From the NCBI GenBank assembly GCA_964016885.1, contig OZ024760.1, positions 34,038,001 through 34,102,000 of the forward strand: a stretch of DNA of 64,000 bases, written 5' to 3'. The notes beneath the pieces were generated by a model. That model searched no databases and had not been told where the DNA came from. It worked only from the letters and a program-made list of their open reading frames with translations. Shown here in pieces: positions 29,045 to 40,060 of the stretch (position 1 is the stretch's first letter; every line of letters begins with the position of its first letter). The translations under genes and the position numbers were made by a program. The stretch comes from Eledone cirrhosa. Its lineage: Eukaryota.

Positions 29045-29335
29045 AGATGAAATCGAAAATGCAACTGGAGTCTTATTTTTTTTTAAATATATATATTTAT
29101 TTGGTTCCTTTACCGGTTTCGCAGTTCTTCTACTTTTCAAAAGTAGAGTTGAGATGGAGGGTCTGTGGTTTTTCTCACATCTGGGTGATTCTCACAGATG
29201 TGAGAAAAACCACAGACCCTCCACCTCAACTCTACTTTTGAAAAGTAGAAGAACTGCGAAACCGGTAAAGGAACCAAATAAATATATATATTTTTTTAAA
29301 AATAAGACTCCAGTTGCATTTTCGATTTCATCTTG
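29045..29335. mobile_element. Palindromic PLE-derived insertion with a U3:A8-variant hammerhead in each arm (29108-29143 minus, 29235-29270 plus)
   Basis: Arms of about 140 bp are inverted around an 11-bp spacer; motif CUU-UUGAAAA-GUAG aagaa CUGC-GAAA-CCGG-UA^-AAG. Confidence 0.7.
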
Positions 29336-30328
29336 TTTCTCGCTCTCTATCTCTTTCTCTCTCTATATATATATACTCAATGACCTCACCCAAACACTAT
29401 AGTCTGTCGTCAGGTAACCACCTTTACAGCCTGTCATACAGGCTAAAACATATATTCTGCTGTCAGGTAAATACCTATACAGTCTGGCGTCAAGTAACCA
29501 CCTATACAATTTGCCGTACAGGTAAAAACCCATACAACCTGCAATACAGGTAAGCACTAATATAGATATTTCTGTGGTTATTCCTTTTTATTTTCATAAT
29601 TCTTAGCATCCTGTAATTAATTTAGCAGAAAATATCTTAAAACTAGTTTGTTAATTTAAATATTTTTAGTATCTTTACTAATTAACAGATCCCTTGTTAA
29701 ATGTATATTTCTTATTCCACAATGCTTCAAGCAAACTACAACCCTTTGAAATTAATATGTTTATTACTTTAGACAGAGACCAATATGAAATAAGTCCTCA
29801 AAAGTCTTTAAGTCTAAATCTGTCTCAAGCCCAGAGCTTCATCAGGTTGGTGTTTATCTCAGTCTCTGTGGTGTTAAGCGACTGGGAGTACAAGACGCTT
29901 CCCTGGACAAGACACCAGTCCATAGCAGAGTTAAACCCCCAGCTATTACTGGTACTCATTTTCAGCTGAGTATGCTGGAGCTAGGTGAAATGAAGTGTTT
30001 TGTTGAAAAACACAACACAGAACCCAGTCCAGGATTCAAACCCACGACATTATGATCGTAAATCCAACACACCTCCAAAAAGTTTGCTGGTATTACAGTA
30101 AAAATATTGACTATTTAATGTGATGTAGTCTAAATGTTATGTAAAGGATTTAGCAGAAAATATGTAAACATTAGTTTGTTACTTCAAACGTTTTAGTACC
30201 ATTGCTAATCTCAAACGATTATATATATATATATATAATTATCCCAGTACTTTATTTTACTGGGTCGATCAAATAAAGTACCAGTATTACACTGGGATAA
30301 TTGCTGGCCTTGTGCCAAAAGTAGAAAC

Positions 30329-30388
<60 letters not shown>

Positions 30389-30810
30389 TAAATAGAAATT
30401 AAATAAAAATGGCGTAGACATTACAGTACAATGCAATACAACAGGAGGAAACATAATAGTACCACTGATGATGTTGCAGATGTGCAACGAACTGGCTTGT
30501 TAATTTATTAACTTGCCATTGAACAACACTAGCATACGGTCGGACTATATTTATGTCCCTATGTGTATTAATTACATGTAGGAACATTACTTTTAATATT
30601 ATTCTCCCCAACGGTAGAGAAACATTTGGTCGTTTTAACGGCTGCTATTTTTAGCAGCACGGGATTGACCTGTCCATCCTGCTTTCTGTCTTTGCACACG
30701 GTACTAGACAAAATTGTTTCATCATTCATTTATTCTCATTCTGAGGCAATTTTGTATGGCGCCAGTTTGTAATTTGAACTCGGGAATTTTATATTCTCCG
30801 ACAGAGAAAA

Positions 30811-30891
30811 GCCTTCTGACGAGGATCTCTTTCTCAATGAAAATCCGCTTGAATTATCTATTTGTTTGGGATCTGAAACCGCGGTAAGGGC
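30811..30891 (+). ncRNA. Type I hammerhead ribozyme with a long loop II
   Basis: GCCUU-CUGACGA-GGAUCUC...GGGAUCU-GAAA-CCGCGG-UA^-AGGGC. Confidence 0.78.
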
Positions 30892-30980
30892 ACATATAGT
30901 AAGTACAGTAAATCTTTTGGAATCTATATCTATATTTTTTTATATATTTTTTAGGATATTTTCTGTGTTTACACTCCCTG

Positions 30981-31049
<69 letters not shown>

Positions 31050-31192
31050 CTGTATTTTTAACCGTTGGTCAATCAATGACAAACATTGATTGCCAAATAA
31101 ATTAATATGGAGATATAAAAGATACAGAAGTGTGTTCTGTTATTATTTCTGGCAATATTATTACAACAATATGACCCTCCCCAAGTATAACA

Positions 31193-31247
<55 letters not shown>

Positions 31248-31325
31248 CAACATATACTCAAAATTTATATATATATATATATATACGATATTAACAAATG
31301 GAAACTATATTTATAAAACCATATT

Positions 31326-31390
31326 TATTTCATTATAAATATTTCAAGGACACCAAGTTAAATTATGGTGTGCTTTCATCAGATAAAATA
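31326..31390 (-). ncRNA. Minimal hammerhead ribozyme
   Basis: UAUUUUAU-CUGAUGA-AAGcACACCA...UGGUGUcCUU-GAAA-UAUUUA-UA^-AUGAAAUA. Confidence 0.68.
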
Positions 31391-31462
31391 TAATATAGAG
31401 CAGTTTTATAAATAAATATTGACATACCCTTAAAGAATGCAACCATTACTGTTGGAAGCTCC

Positions 31463-31507
<45 letters not shown>

Positions 31508-31541
31508 CACAATAATCAAAACTATGTTCAAAACATTTTAT

Positions 31542-31588
31542 TGCTGACAATCGTTTCTTCCAAACTTTCGTTTGGAATCATCGGAGCA
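31542..31588 (-). ncRNA. Hammerhead ribozyme, U4C core variant, in the PLE 3' pseudo-LTR
   Basis: UGCU-CCGAUGA-UUCCAAAC gaaa GUUUGGAA-GAAA-CGAUUG-UC^-AGCA. Confidence 0.72.
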
Positions 31589-34534
31589 CTAGCAAAGTTT
31601 AGACATATAATTAACCTCCTATTCCACAGAACAATCGTAAAGATACATAGATGTTAGTGTTGTCTTAACAGTGTCATATTTAAAGAGTGAAGATGGTGTG
31701 GTCAGTATCAGTGGATGCGACAAAGGTTATAAAAGAATAATACAACAATTATAGAGGAATTAAAGAAGAGAGTTACTCGCAAAACGAGGACATTAGCGGT
31801 ACATATGCAAACGTATAGAAAGAGTGCAGAGGTGTTAGGCATGTACAGAACAACCAGGTAAGAAACAAGCAATGGTACTAAGCATATATATCACAGTATG
31901 GTAAAGGTATCACATAATACAATACAGAGATGCTTGGGTCTGAAAAGCAGTTTCTATGAAGTTTATGGTGGATGTAATGTGATAATTGTTCCGGTAATGT
32001 TCAAATGTGCATGTGTTGTGAGTATTAATATCATGGTTTTCCTTTCCATTACATTGGTTATATTTTAGTAAATGTTTATTAGTAGCTACAACTATGGATT
32101 GTATATTGGTCTTACTACAATCTTATCAAGGGTTCGAGTTGTTCTGGAGTGATCTGTCTAACGGTTTAATTTCAGGAAGTGAATTAGAGATCTATATTAA
32201 GGGGAGCTAATGTGAAAGGGGAGGTAATTGGCGATTAATATGTATATAAGAGAAAAAACTGTATAGTTGTTTACAACTCCAATTAGTTAAATTCTATGTG
32301 TTAATATACAATATATTATGTTATAAGTGAATCCTTTTATATAATGCTATTTATTTTTAAATTTATATATTTAATTTTAAATACAATCTTTTTTCTATAA
32401 TACCTTAAAGGTCTCATTTTATCACTACCTACCCATATACTAATTAAATGAATAAAATATTAGTAAGTTATAGTAGTTATATTAAATGGTGGTGACTTTA
32501 TGTTTATTCCTAATAGTTATTGTAGAGTAAAAGGTTAGAGATAAATAGGAGGTAAGTAGAGGAATGAGCTGATCATAGAATGTTATGCTGTGGGGGGGGG
32601 GGGGGGGGTAATTATATGCTGACAAAACCTAGAGGTAAAGTGTTAATGGTAGTGAGGAATCCAGATCTGACATTGTTATATACTAGCAGCTAGGTTTGAA
32701 GTTGTGCAAAGAGTGTCGGTGGTAGTGTTGGCACATGGAAAACATTTCTGATTTTCTATTTAAGAGGTTTAGCTTAGAATAGGTTACATAATTTATTCGG
32801 TGGTTTATACGATGCGGCCTTATCTATTACTTCCCATTGAAGTGTATATGGTCTATTCTTAGTTTTTAGATAGTGTATGTAGTTAGATAAAGAAGTGGAG
32901 TTGGCTAGATGGCGATTTTTGAAAGTGTGGAGATGCGAGTTATATCTCGTCTTGAAGCAGTTCGAAGTTGAACCGATATATGGTTTTGAAGTGTTGTTTG
33001 TATTGACTGTGCATTAGTAAATGATGTCTTTGATTAAGCAATGTTTACCTAAGGGGCAAGTTCTATTTGTTCTACAGTTACAGTTATTCTGGTTGTTTGC
33101 TTGCCGGTTACTATGTTGTGTAGATGCATGGTTGTTAGGGATAGCATTAGGGTAATGATGATTATCATTCCCATTGTTATTAATTTCATTAGTGCTATTA
33201 TTATTATTATTATTATTATTATTGCTACTAGAAATCTCTGGTACTATGTTGCTCTGTAAGTTTACCCCCTGTTGTGATTTAATTAGTTGGAAATAATTAT
33301 TAATCTTCCTTTTATTACTACTAGCTATATGGTATGCGATGTTAGGTGTGGTAGAGTAAGAGATTTTAATGGTATTTTTATTGATAAGATTATGATATTT
33401 GTGGCCGAATGGGAAGTTTTTGTCTAAGATTGAGAAGAAAGCCTTAGGCAAGTTGGTAGAGACATTTAGATTGAAAAGGGGATGGAAAATGTATTAATTC
33501 TTCTATTTTTGTTTTTTGTAATGTTATTTGAGGTATTGTTTATATTTCTGTTTATATTATTATTATTGGGGTGTTTATTCTGATGCGAGTTAAGTTTGAT
33601 ACTACCCTTCGTACTAGAGTTAGAGTGGCTAGTACTTTTATTATTTTTCCTCGTGGCCATATTGTGAGAAATAATGTTGTAACTAGGTGATTTTATAGGT
33701 AAAAATTTAATTTCATTTTTATGGCCTGATCAAGCTAAGGTCCCATTATAGTATTGGGAATTACTGTTAAATATAGTTTCATTATATGATAGAGTAGAAA
33801 TTCTATTTGATATTCCTTTAGTAATTGAGTTTAATATAGATTTGGGGTGGTTAGAGTTGATATCTACATAAAGTAGTTTTTCGTTTGGTTTATGAAAGGG
33901 TGTATATATTTTAGAGTCCAGGCAAAGGGTAGCATCAAGGAAGTTAACGTTTTTAGTGTTTTTATCTAAGGTAATACTTAAGTTGAAGTTTTTAAAAAAA
34001 TTATGTAATTGTTTCCTAATTCTTTCTATATTAAATTTTTATAGTCAATAAGTAGTAGTGCATCATCGCGGTATAAACTATCATTGAGGTAGGGCAGATT
34101 CTTATGAATTTCATTTAAGAGATATAGACCCACCAAATCAGTGACCTGCGCCGAGTCACTAGATCCCATAGTTATGTCAAAGTTGTTAGGTGTATCATCG
34201 CGGGTCCATAATGGATCTTCAAATGCAATTATGGTTTTACGCGCCGCAAGGATGACATCAATTTGGGATCACTATTGTTCATAGTCATAATCAATGCCTT
34301 GTTTAATAGGATAGGAGAAATAGAGGTGTAGTACGAATTAATATCAAATTGTATCAATTTTTTATTTTTATTCCATTAATATCATTGAACCATTCAATAA
34401 CTTCACCAGTATTTCCCCACAGGTTAAGATATATTTTATGCTTAAATTGGGGGATGATTCTGTCTAATAATTTTTGCTGATAATTCGATTGTTCTGTGGA
34501 ATAGGAGGTTAAGTATATGTCTAAACTTTGCTAG

Positions 34535-34581
34535 TGCTCCGATGATTCCAAACGAAAGTTTGGAAGAAACGATTGTCAGCA
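34535..34581 (+). ncRNA. Hammerhead ribozyme, U4C core variant (inverted copy)
   Basis: Same motif as 31542-31588, read on the plus strand. Confidence 0.72.
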
Positions 34582-34745
34582 ATAAAATGTTTTGAACATA
34601 GTTTTGATTATTCTATAATTTATATTCCGGCTCTGTAAAACATCTGATGTATTTACATTGAGCTATTTTTCTTACTGGTAATAAGGTAGTAATGAGTTAC
34701 TGACCTTTCCTGTTCATAGTTGTATATAGTGTATATATAAGTATA

Positions 34746-34814
<69 letters not shown>

Positions 34815-34896
34815 GTTCAAGATAAAACCTAAAGAGAAGCCAAACACGAGGAGACAATAACAGAACTGTAGATATTGAATTCTACTTTATACTGAC

Positions 34897-35135
34897 CTTT
34901 TCCCTGTTGTTGGTCAGCAGAAGTCCAGCGACGCAGTTATTGAAGAGCACACCTGATATAATCATAAGTCCACCACGCCAGGTGAAATATTCACTCAAGA
35001 TCTGCATTATCTTAGACAAACTAAATATTCCACAGGTGAATCCGACACTAATTAGGGCATTAGGGATTCGGACACTGTCGAAGTGTTGACCAATAGCGAT
35101 GAAAAGGGAGACATACGCTAGACAGGAACCCGTAC
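34897..35135 (-). CDS. SLC16/MCT-like transporter, exon C (TM4-TM6); not shown in the ORF track
   Basis: Manual translation gives GTGSCLAYVSLFIAIGQHFDSVRIPNALISVGFTCGIFSLSKIMQILSEYFTWRGGLMIISGVLFNNCVAGLLLTNNREK, containing the MCT WRG...G...N.CVAG motif; tttctag acceptor, AAG|GTCAGT donor; phase 1-0. Confidence 0.9.
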
Positions 35136-35507
35136 CTAGAAAAAGAGAAATAAATAAATCAGGAAATTGGCAGAATGGGTAGAGCGCCAGACAAAATATT
35201 TAGCATTTATTTGTTCCGACATCTTACGTTCTGAGTTCAAATCCCGTCGAGGGATTTGCCTTTCACCCTTACGGGGTTGATAAAATAAAGTACCAGCAAT
35301 GCACTGGGGTCGATTTAATTGACTCCCCGTCCCCCAAAATTGCTGGCCTTGTGCCTATACTAGAAATTATTACTATTATTATTATTGTCATTTTTATTTT
35401 CTTTCATTATTGTTTCTGAGATATATTCCGAGTGTCTTCTTGACACCTAGGACAAATAAATTCACAGTGTGCATTGGTAAGCCAGTTAATACAGCACATT
35501 GATTATA

Positions 35508-35538
<31 letters not shown>

Positions 35539-35544
35539 GTTGTT

Positions 35545-35889
35545 GTTATTCCTTGAATCTCAGTCATTGATGTTGGTTAACTGGAAAGTCCGTTGGATTG
35601 AATATCAAGCCACTACCTGCAGCCTCAGATATTCAGGACGTACCGGAGGGTTTTTGCTGTTCCAAGCAAGCATGCCTTTTGAAGCGTTCCAAAAAGCGTG
35701 AAGGGGCCGATTTTCTTTAACCATCCCTGGAAACTTTTGGAGATAGTCCCCAGTGCGCCTATGACAATCGGGATCACTTTGACTTCATGGCAGTTCCAAA
35801 TCCTTTTCACCTCCCACTTTAGGTCCTGGTATCGGTTAATTTTCTCCCTCTCCTTCTCTTGCACTCTCGTGTCGAACGGGCAGGCCACA

Positions 35890-35890
<1 letters not shown>
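35545..35890 (-). mobile_element. R4/Dong-like LINE, short 5'-truncated copy in (TAA)n
   Basis: ACPFDTRVQEKEREKINRYQDL...IPIVIGALG...LQKACLLGTAK (REL endonuclease end), flanked by (TTA)n. Confidence 0.85.
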
Positions 35891-35937
<47 letters not shown>

Positions 35938-35944
35938 CATTATT

Positions 35945-38075
35945 GTTCTTTGAGTCTCAGTCATTGATGTTAGTTAACTGGAAAGTTTGTTGAAATGAAT
36001 ATCAAGCCACTACCTGCAGCCTCAGATATTCAGGACGTATCGGAGGGTTCTTGCTGTTCCCAGCAAGCATTCCTTTTGAAGCGTTCCAAAAAGCGTGGCG
36101 GGGTCAATTTTCTTTAACCATCCCTGGAAACTTTTTGAGATAGTACCTAGTGCGCCTATGACAATCGGGACCACTTTGACTTCATGGCAGTTCCAAATCC
36201 TTTTTACCTCCCACTTTAAGTCCTGGTATCGGTTAATTTTCTCCCTCTCCTTCTCTTGCACTCTCGTGTCGAATGGGCAGGCCACATCCACAATCAGGCA
36301 CGATCTTTTTTCCTTGTCCAAAACCACCAGGTCAGGTCTATTGTGTTCCAGTTTCTTGTCCGTCTGTATCCTAAAATACCACAGCACCTTCACCTGATCG
36401 TTTTCTATCACCGACTCTGACCACTTCTCAGAATGTGGTAAATTGTTTACTTTGCATAGGTGCCAGTGGATCACCCTGCCCATCACATCATGTCTCCAGC
36501 CCTTATAGTGAGTCTGGGCTAGGTGTTTACACTCGGATACAATGTGAGCCACAGTCTCCTCTCTCTCTCCACAGATCCTGCACAGTGGGCTAGCCTCCTC
36601 CTTGTAAATATAGTGTTTCAACCACTTCGTTTTGAGGGCCTGCTCTTGCGCAGCCATTAGCATTCCTTCTGTAGCCTTTTTAAGGTCTCCTCTTTTCAAC
36701 CAGTTCCATGTCTGTGGATCTCTGAATTCAGTTTTCTCAAAGAAGGTACTATGAAGGGATTTTTCATGAAGGCTGCTCTTTCTCCTTGTTGTTATTTCCT
36801 CCTTGGACATCCCCTGGTCTATTGTCCTCTCATTCAGTACAATTATGAACATTGGCTCCTTACTATCAGTCACGTATTTGTGTAGGTTGTTTTTATCCAT
36901 CTGAACACAGTCCTCTATGCTGATAAAACCTCTTCCACCTTCAGATCTCCTTAAGTAGAGTCTATCGACATCACTCCTCTTGTGGAACATGTTGTAGATA
37001 GTCAATAGCTTCCTCGTCTTCCTATCCATTTCTTTTTGTTCAGCAACATTCCATCTCAGAATTCCCTGCACTCTACCTAATAATAGGCACAGCTCGGGAA
37101 TTTACTGCACTTATGGCATTCCTACTGTTCAGATGTGACTTTAATACGCTCCTTACTCTCCGAATGTATTCAGATCTTATCAATTCCTTCATTTTTTTGT
37201 TCTTGATGTCATCAGCCTCCAGAACACGCAAATACTTGAATCCTTCTTCAGTGTCAATTTCCTTTATCATCTCACCTGTTGGTACCTGGATTCCGTTGCT
37301 TCTGCTCAATTTACCCCTCTTCATGACAAGGACTCCACACTTACTAATACCAAATTGCATACATATATCATTGCTGAAAATACGGACAGTGTCAACAAGC
37401 ACATCCAACTCCTTCTCACTCTTCCCGAAGAGCTTAAGATCGTCCATGAAGAGGAGGTGATTGATGGTAAGCCCTCCCTTTCCCAACTTGTATCCTGCTC
37501 TCACTTTTCGCAGGTCAGGGGCATCAGGGCAAGGACAAACAACAGAGGGGACAGACTATCTCCCTGGAAGATACCTCTCTTGATCTTCACGCCTCCCAAG
37601 GATTCTCCAGCTGATGTTAATTCTGTTTTCCAGGACTTCATACTTTTGCCCAACAACTGTCTGATGTTATCTGCCACCTTGAAGATCTCTAGGCTTTTGG
37701 TGATCCAAGAATGAGGCACCATGTCAAATGCCTTTTTGTAGTCTATCCATCCCATGGCAAGACCAGTGTGTCTCCTCTTGCAATTCCTCATTACCATCTT
37801 ATCAATAAGTAACTGGTCCTTTGTACCACGGGACTTCTTTCGGCATCCTTTCTGTTCGTCCGGTAGCAAGTTGTTTGTGTGGAGGTGATGGTAGATTTCC
37901 TCAGACATAATGCTTGTCAACAGTTTCCACATTACGGACAGACATGTGATAGGTCTATAGTTGGTAACATCATTACCCTTGATTCGGTCTTTCATTACCA
38001 GAACTGTGGTACCTTTTGTCAACCACTCTGGTACCTCACCTGACATCAAGCAGTCATTGAACATGGTTGTCAGTT
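35945..38075 (-). mobile_element. R4/Dong-like LINE (RT plus restriction-like endonuclease), frameshifted and 5'-truncated
   Basis: [65 protein letters not shown]; (TTA)n on both sides. Confidence 0.92.
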
Positions 38076-38345
38076 TATTATTATCATTATTATTATTATT
38101 ATTATTAGGTGATGGAAAAGATGAAGACAACAACAGCAACAACAACAATAACAACAGTAACAACAGAGGACAATATAAGGATGGGAACATATCTAGGTGG
38201 AGGTCACACACACAGATTCTCTCAACACACACATGCAGACACACATATATATATATATGTATATATATTATATATGTAGATATATATATGAACGCACACA
38301 CATATATATATATAGACACATATATATACATATAAATATATATAT

Positions 38346-38401
<56 letters not shown>

Positions 38402-38553
38402 TGTTATCTATATTTGTGTGTGTTTACGTTCACTGTTTGTTTATAACATAGCGGTTCGACAAACAGTGGTCGATAAAGAAGCCGATCGTGGAGTAAATGA
38501 CTTAACCAGTGAACAAGAAGAGTAAAAAGAGGCCACATTTGGGCGAAACTTAC

Positions 38554-38697
38554 CAGCCAGCACACCTAGAGGTGCAATAAGGAAATAGGGGCTGTTGGCA
38601 AAAGCACAAATAAAGACACCAACCATCTGGCATAGGGCCCCAATCAATATGGTGAACCGTGTCCCTATTTTGTTGATTAAAGCCGTACACAAGATTC
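38554..38697 (-). CDS. SLC16/MCT-like transporter, exon B (144 bp, TM3 to start of TM4)
   Basis: GILCTALINKIGTRFTILIGALCQMVGVFICAFANSPYFLIAPLGVLAG, matching the MCT loop 2-3 motif; ttctag acceptor and G|GTAAGT donor; phase 1-1. Confidence 0.9.
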
Positions 38698-38823
38698 CTA
38701 GAAGAAAAAACCCGGAAATGGAAGAATATTTGTAATAATAATAATAATAATGGTGGTGGCGGTGATGTTCAGTAATTTATGGGTGGGGAAATTAGTTTAC
38801 ATCGAACCCATTATTTTCTTTCT

Positions 38824-38925
<102 letters not shown>

Positions 38926-38944
38926 ATATATATATATATATATA

Positions 38945-39350
38945 TTAAAATATAAATATCAATAAAATAATGTTCTTTTGATCAATTACATTTTATTATA
39001 CATATTTCGGATGTACAACAGTACGTCCTCATCAGACAAAATATAATGATACATGACATACCCTGAGATGTTAAATCGTTAAGATTTAATCAAGGTAGTA
39101 CCTTGCTTAAATTTTAACCATTTAACATCTCAGGGTATGTCATGTATCATTATATTTTGTCTGATGAGGACGTACTGTTGTACATCCGAAATATGTATAA
39201 TAAAATGTAATTGATCAAAAGAACATCTATTTTATAAATATTTATATTCTAATATTAATAACTCCGGAAAATTATTTTTCCGTAGAGTGCTTCTAATCTA
39301 CTGTAAAACTCATTCTTTGACATAATCATTGAATATCGTTTAACACTTTA
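38945..39350. mobile_element. Palindromic PLE-derived insertion with hammerheads at 38985-39047 (-) and 39149-39211 (+)
   Basis: Inverted arms of about 155 bp; AUUAUAUUUUGU-CUGAUGA-GGAcGUAC uguu GUACaUCC-GAAA-UAUGUA-UA^-AUAAAAUGUAAU (12-bp stem I). A related copy at 39690-39930 has a hammerhead at 39721-39784. Confidence 0.8.
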
Positions 39351-39363
39351 ATATATATATATT

Positions 39364-39398
<35 letters not shown>

Positions 39399-39425
39399 AT
39401 ATATTTATATATGTATATATATATA

Positions 39426-39670
39426 TAGAAGTGATTACACAACAGTTACTTCACCATACCGCGAACAATTGTTTCACCTTAGCGGATCCTCAGCTCGTAA
39501 TGGACATGGTTCCGTATAACCATGTCCATTACGAGCTGAGGATCCGCTAAGGTGAAACAATTGTTCTCGGTATGGTGAACTAACTGTTGTGTAACCACTT
39601 CTACCTAACTCGTCCCATGGACTGAGTGCTCTACCACTACGGATATTACCTTCCAGTGTTCTACCACTAT
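39426..39670. mobile_element. Palindromic PLE-derived insertion with hammerheads at 39460-39497 (-) and 39532-39569 (+)
   Basis: CGAG-CUGAGGA-uCC gcuaa GGu-GAAA-CAAUUG-UU^-CUCG; inverted arms of about 85 bp; (TA)n flanks. Confidence 0.72.
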
Positions 39671-40060
39671 ATATATATTGAACCATCAAGAGAGTTGAGG
39701 TATGTCATGCACCAATTCATATATTTTATCTGATGAGTGCGTACTGAAAAACACAGTACCTCCGAAATATATATAATAAAACATATATTTTGATTATGTG
39801 AACGTATTCATTTATTAATATTTTGAATAATATTATTAACTCCAGAAAACGTCGCGGTAGAGTGCTTTTAATCTGTTGTAAAACTATATTCATTGAGTAA
39901 TCAATGAATCATATTAATCTTTGGTTATATATATATATAGGAAAAAGTATGACCCCGACGGCAGAGCTCAAGCCGTTTTGACGGCTATTTCTGGACTAAA
40001 TTGGAATTTAATACTACCCTAAGTATTGAGTACTCTGGTGCGTTATGGTCCATCTGGTCC

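Larger units (their letters stand above)
31505..34700 (-). mobile_element. Penelope-like element (RT plus C-terminal GIY-YIG, degenerate) with an inverted pseudo-LTR
   Basis: Minus-strand RT remnants (FDITMGSSDSAQVTDLVGL, LYRDDALLL), CNCRTNRTCPLGKHC linker and IIY/YIG endonuclease. 31510-31640 is inverted at 34480-34615. (TA)n on both flanks. Confidence 0.87.

Noticed and set aside
29045-29335. Palindromes as assembly or chimeric-read artefacts
   Set aside because: The arms differ by substitutions, have spacers, and recur with PLE-typical geometry. Long-read confirmation is still advisable.
29390-29538. Phase-compatible candidate SLC16 exon (GCMGFYLYGK...)
   Set aside because: It is a degenerate repeat of about 27 bp; the true TM4-6 exon with MCT motifs is at 34897-35135.
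40001-40060. N-terminus of the 519-aa ORF as a real start
   Set aside because: It derives from a different non-coding repeat fused in frame to a 5'-truncated PLE ORF.
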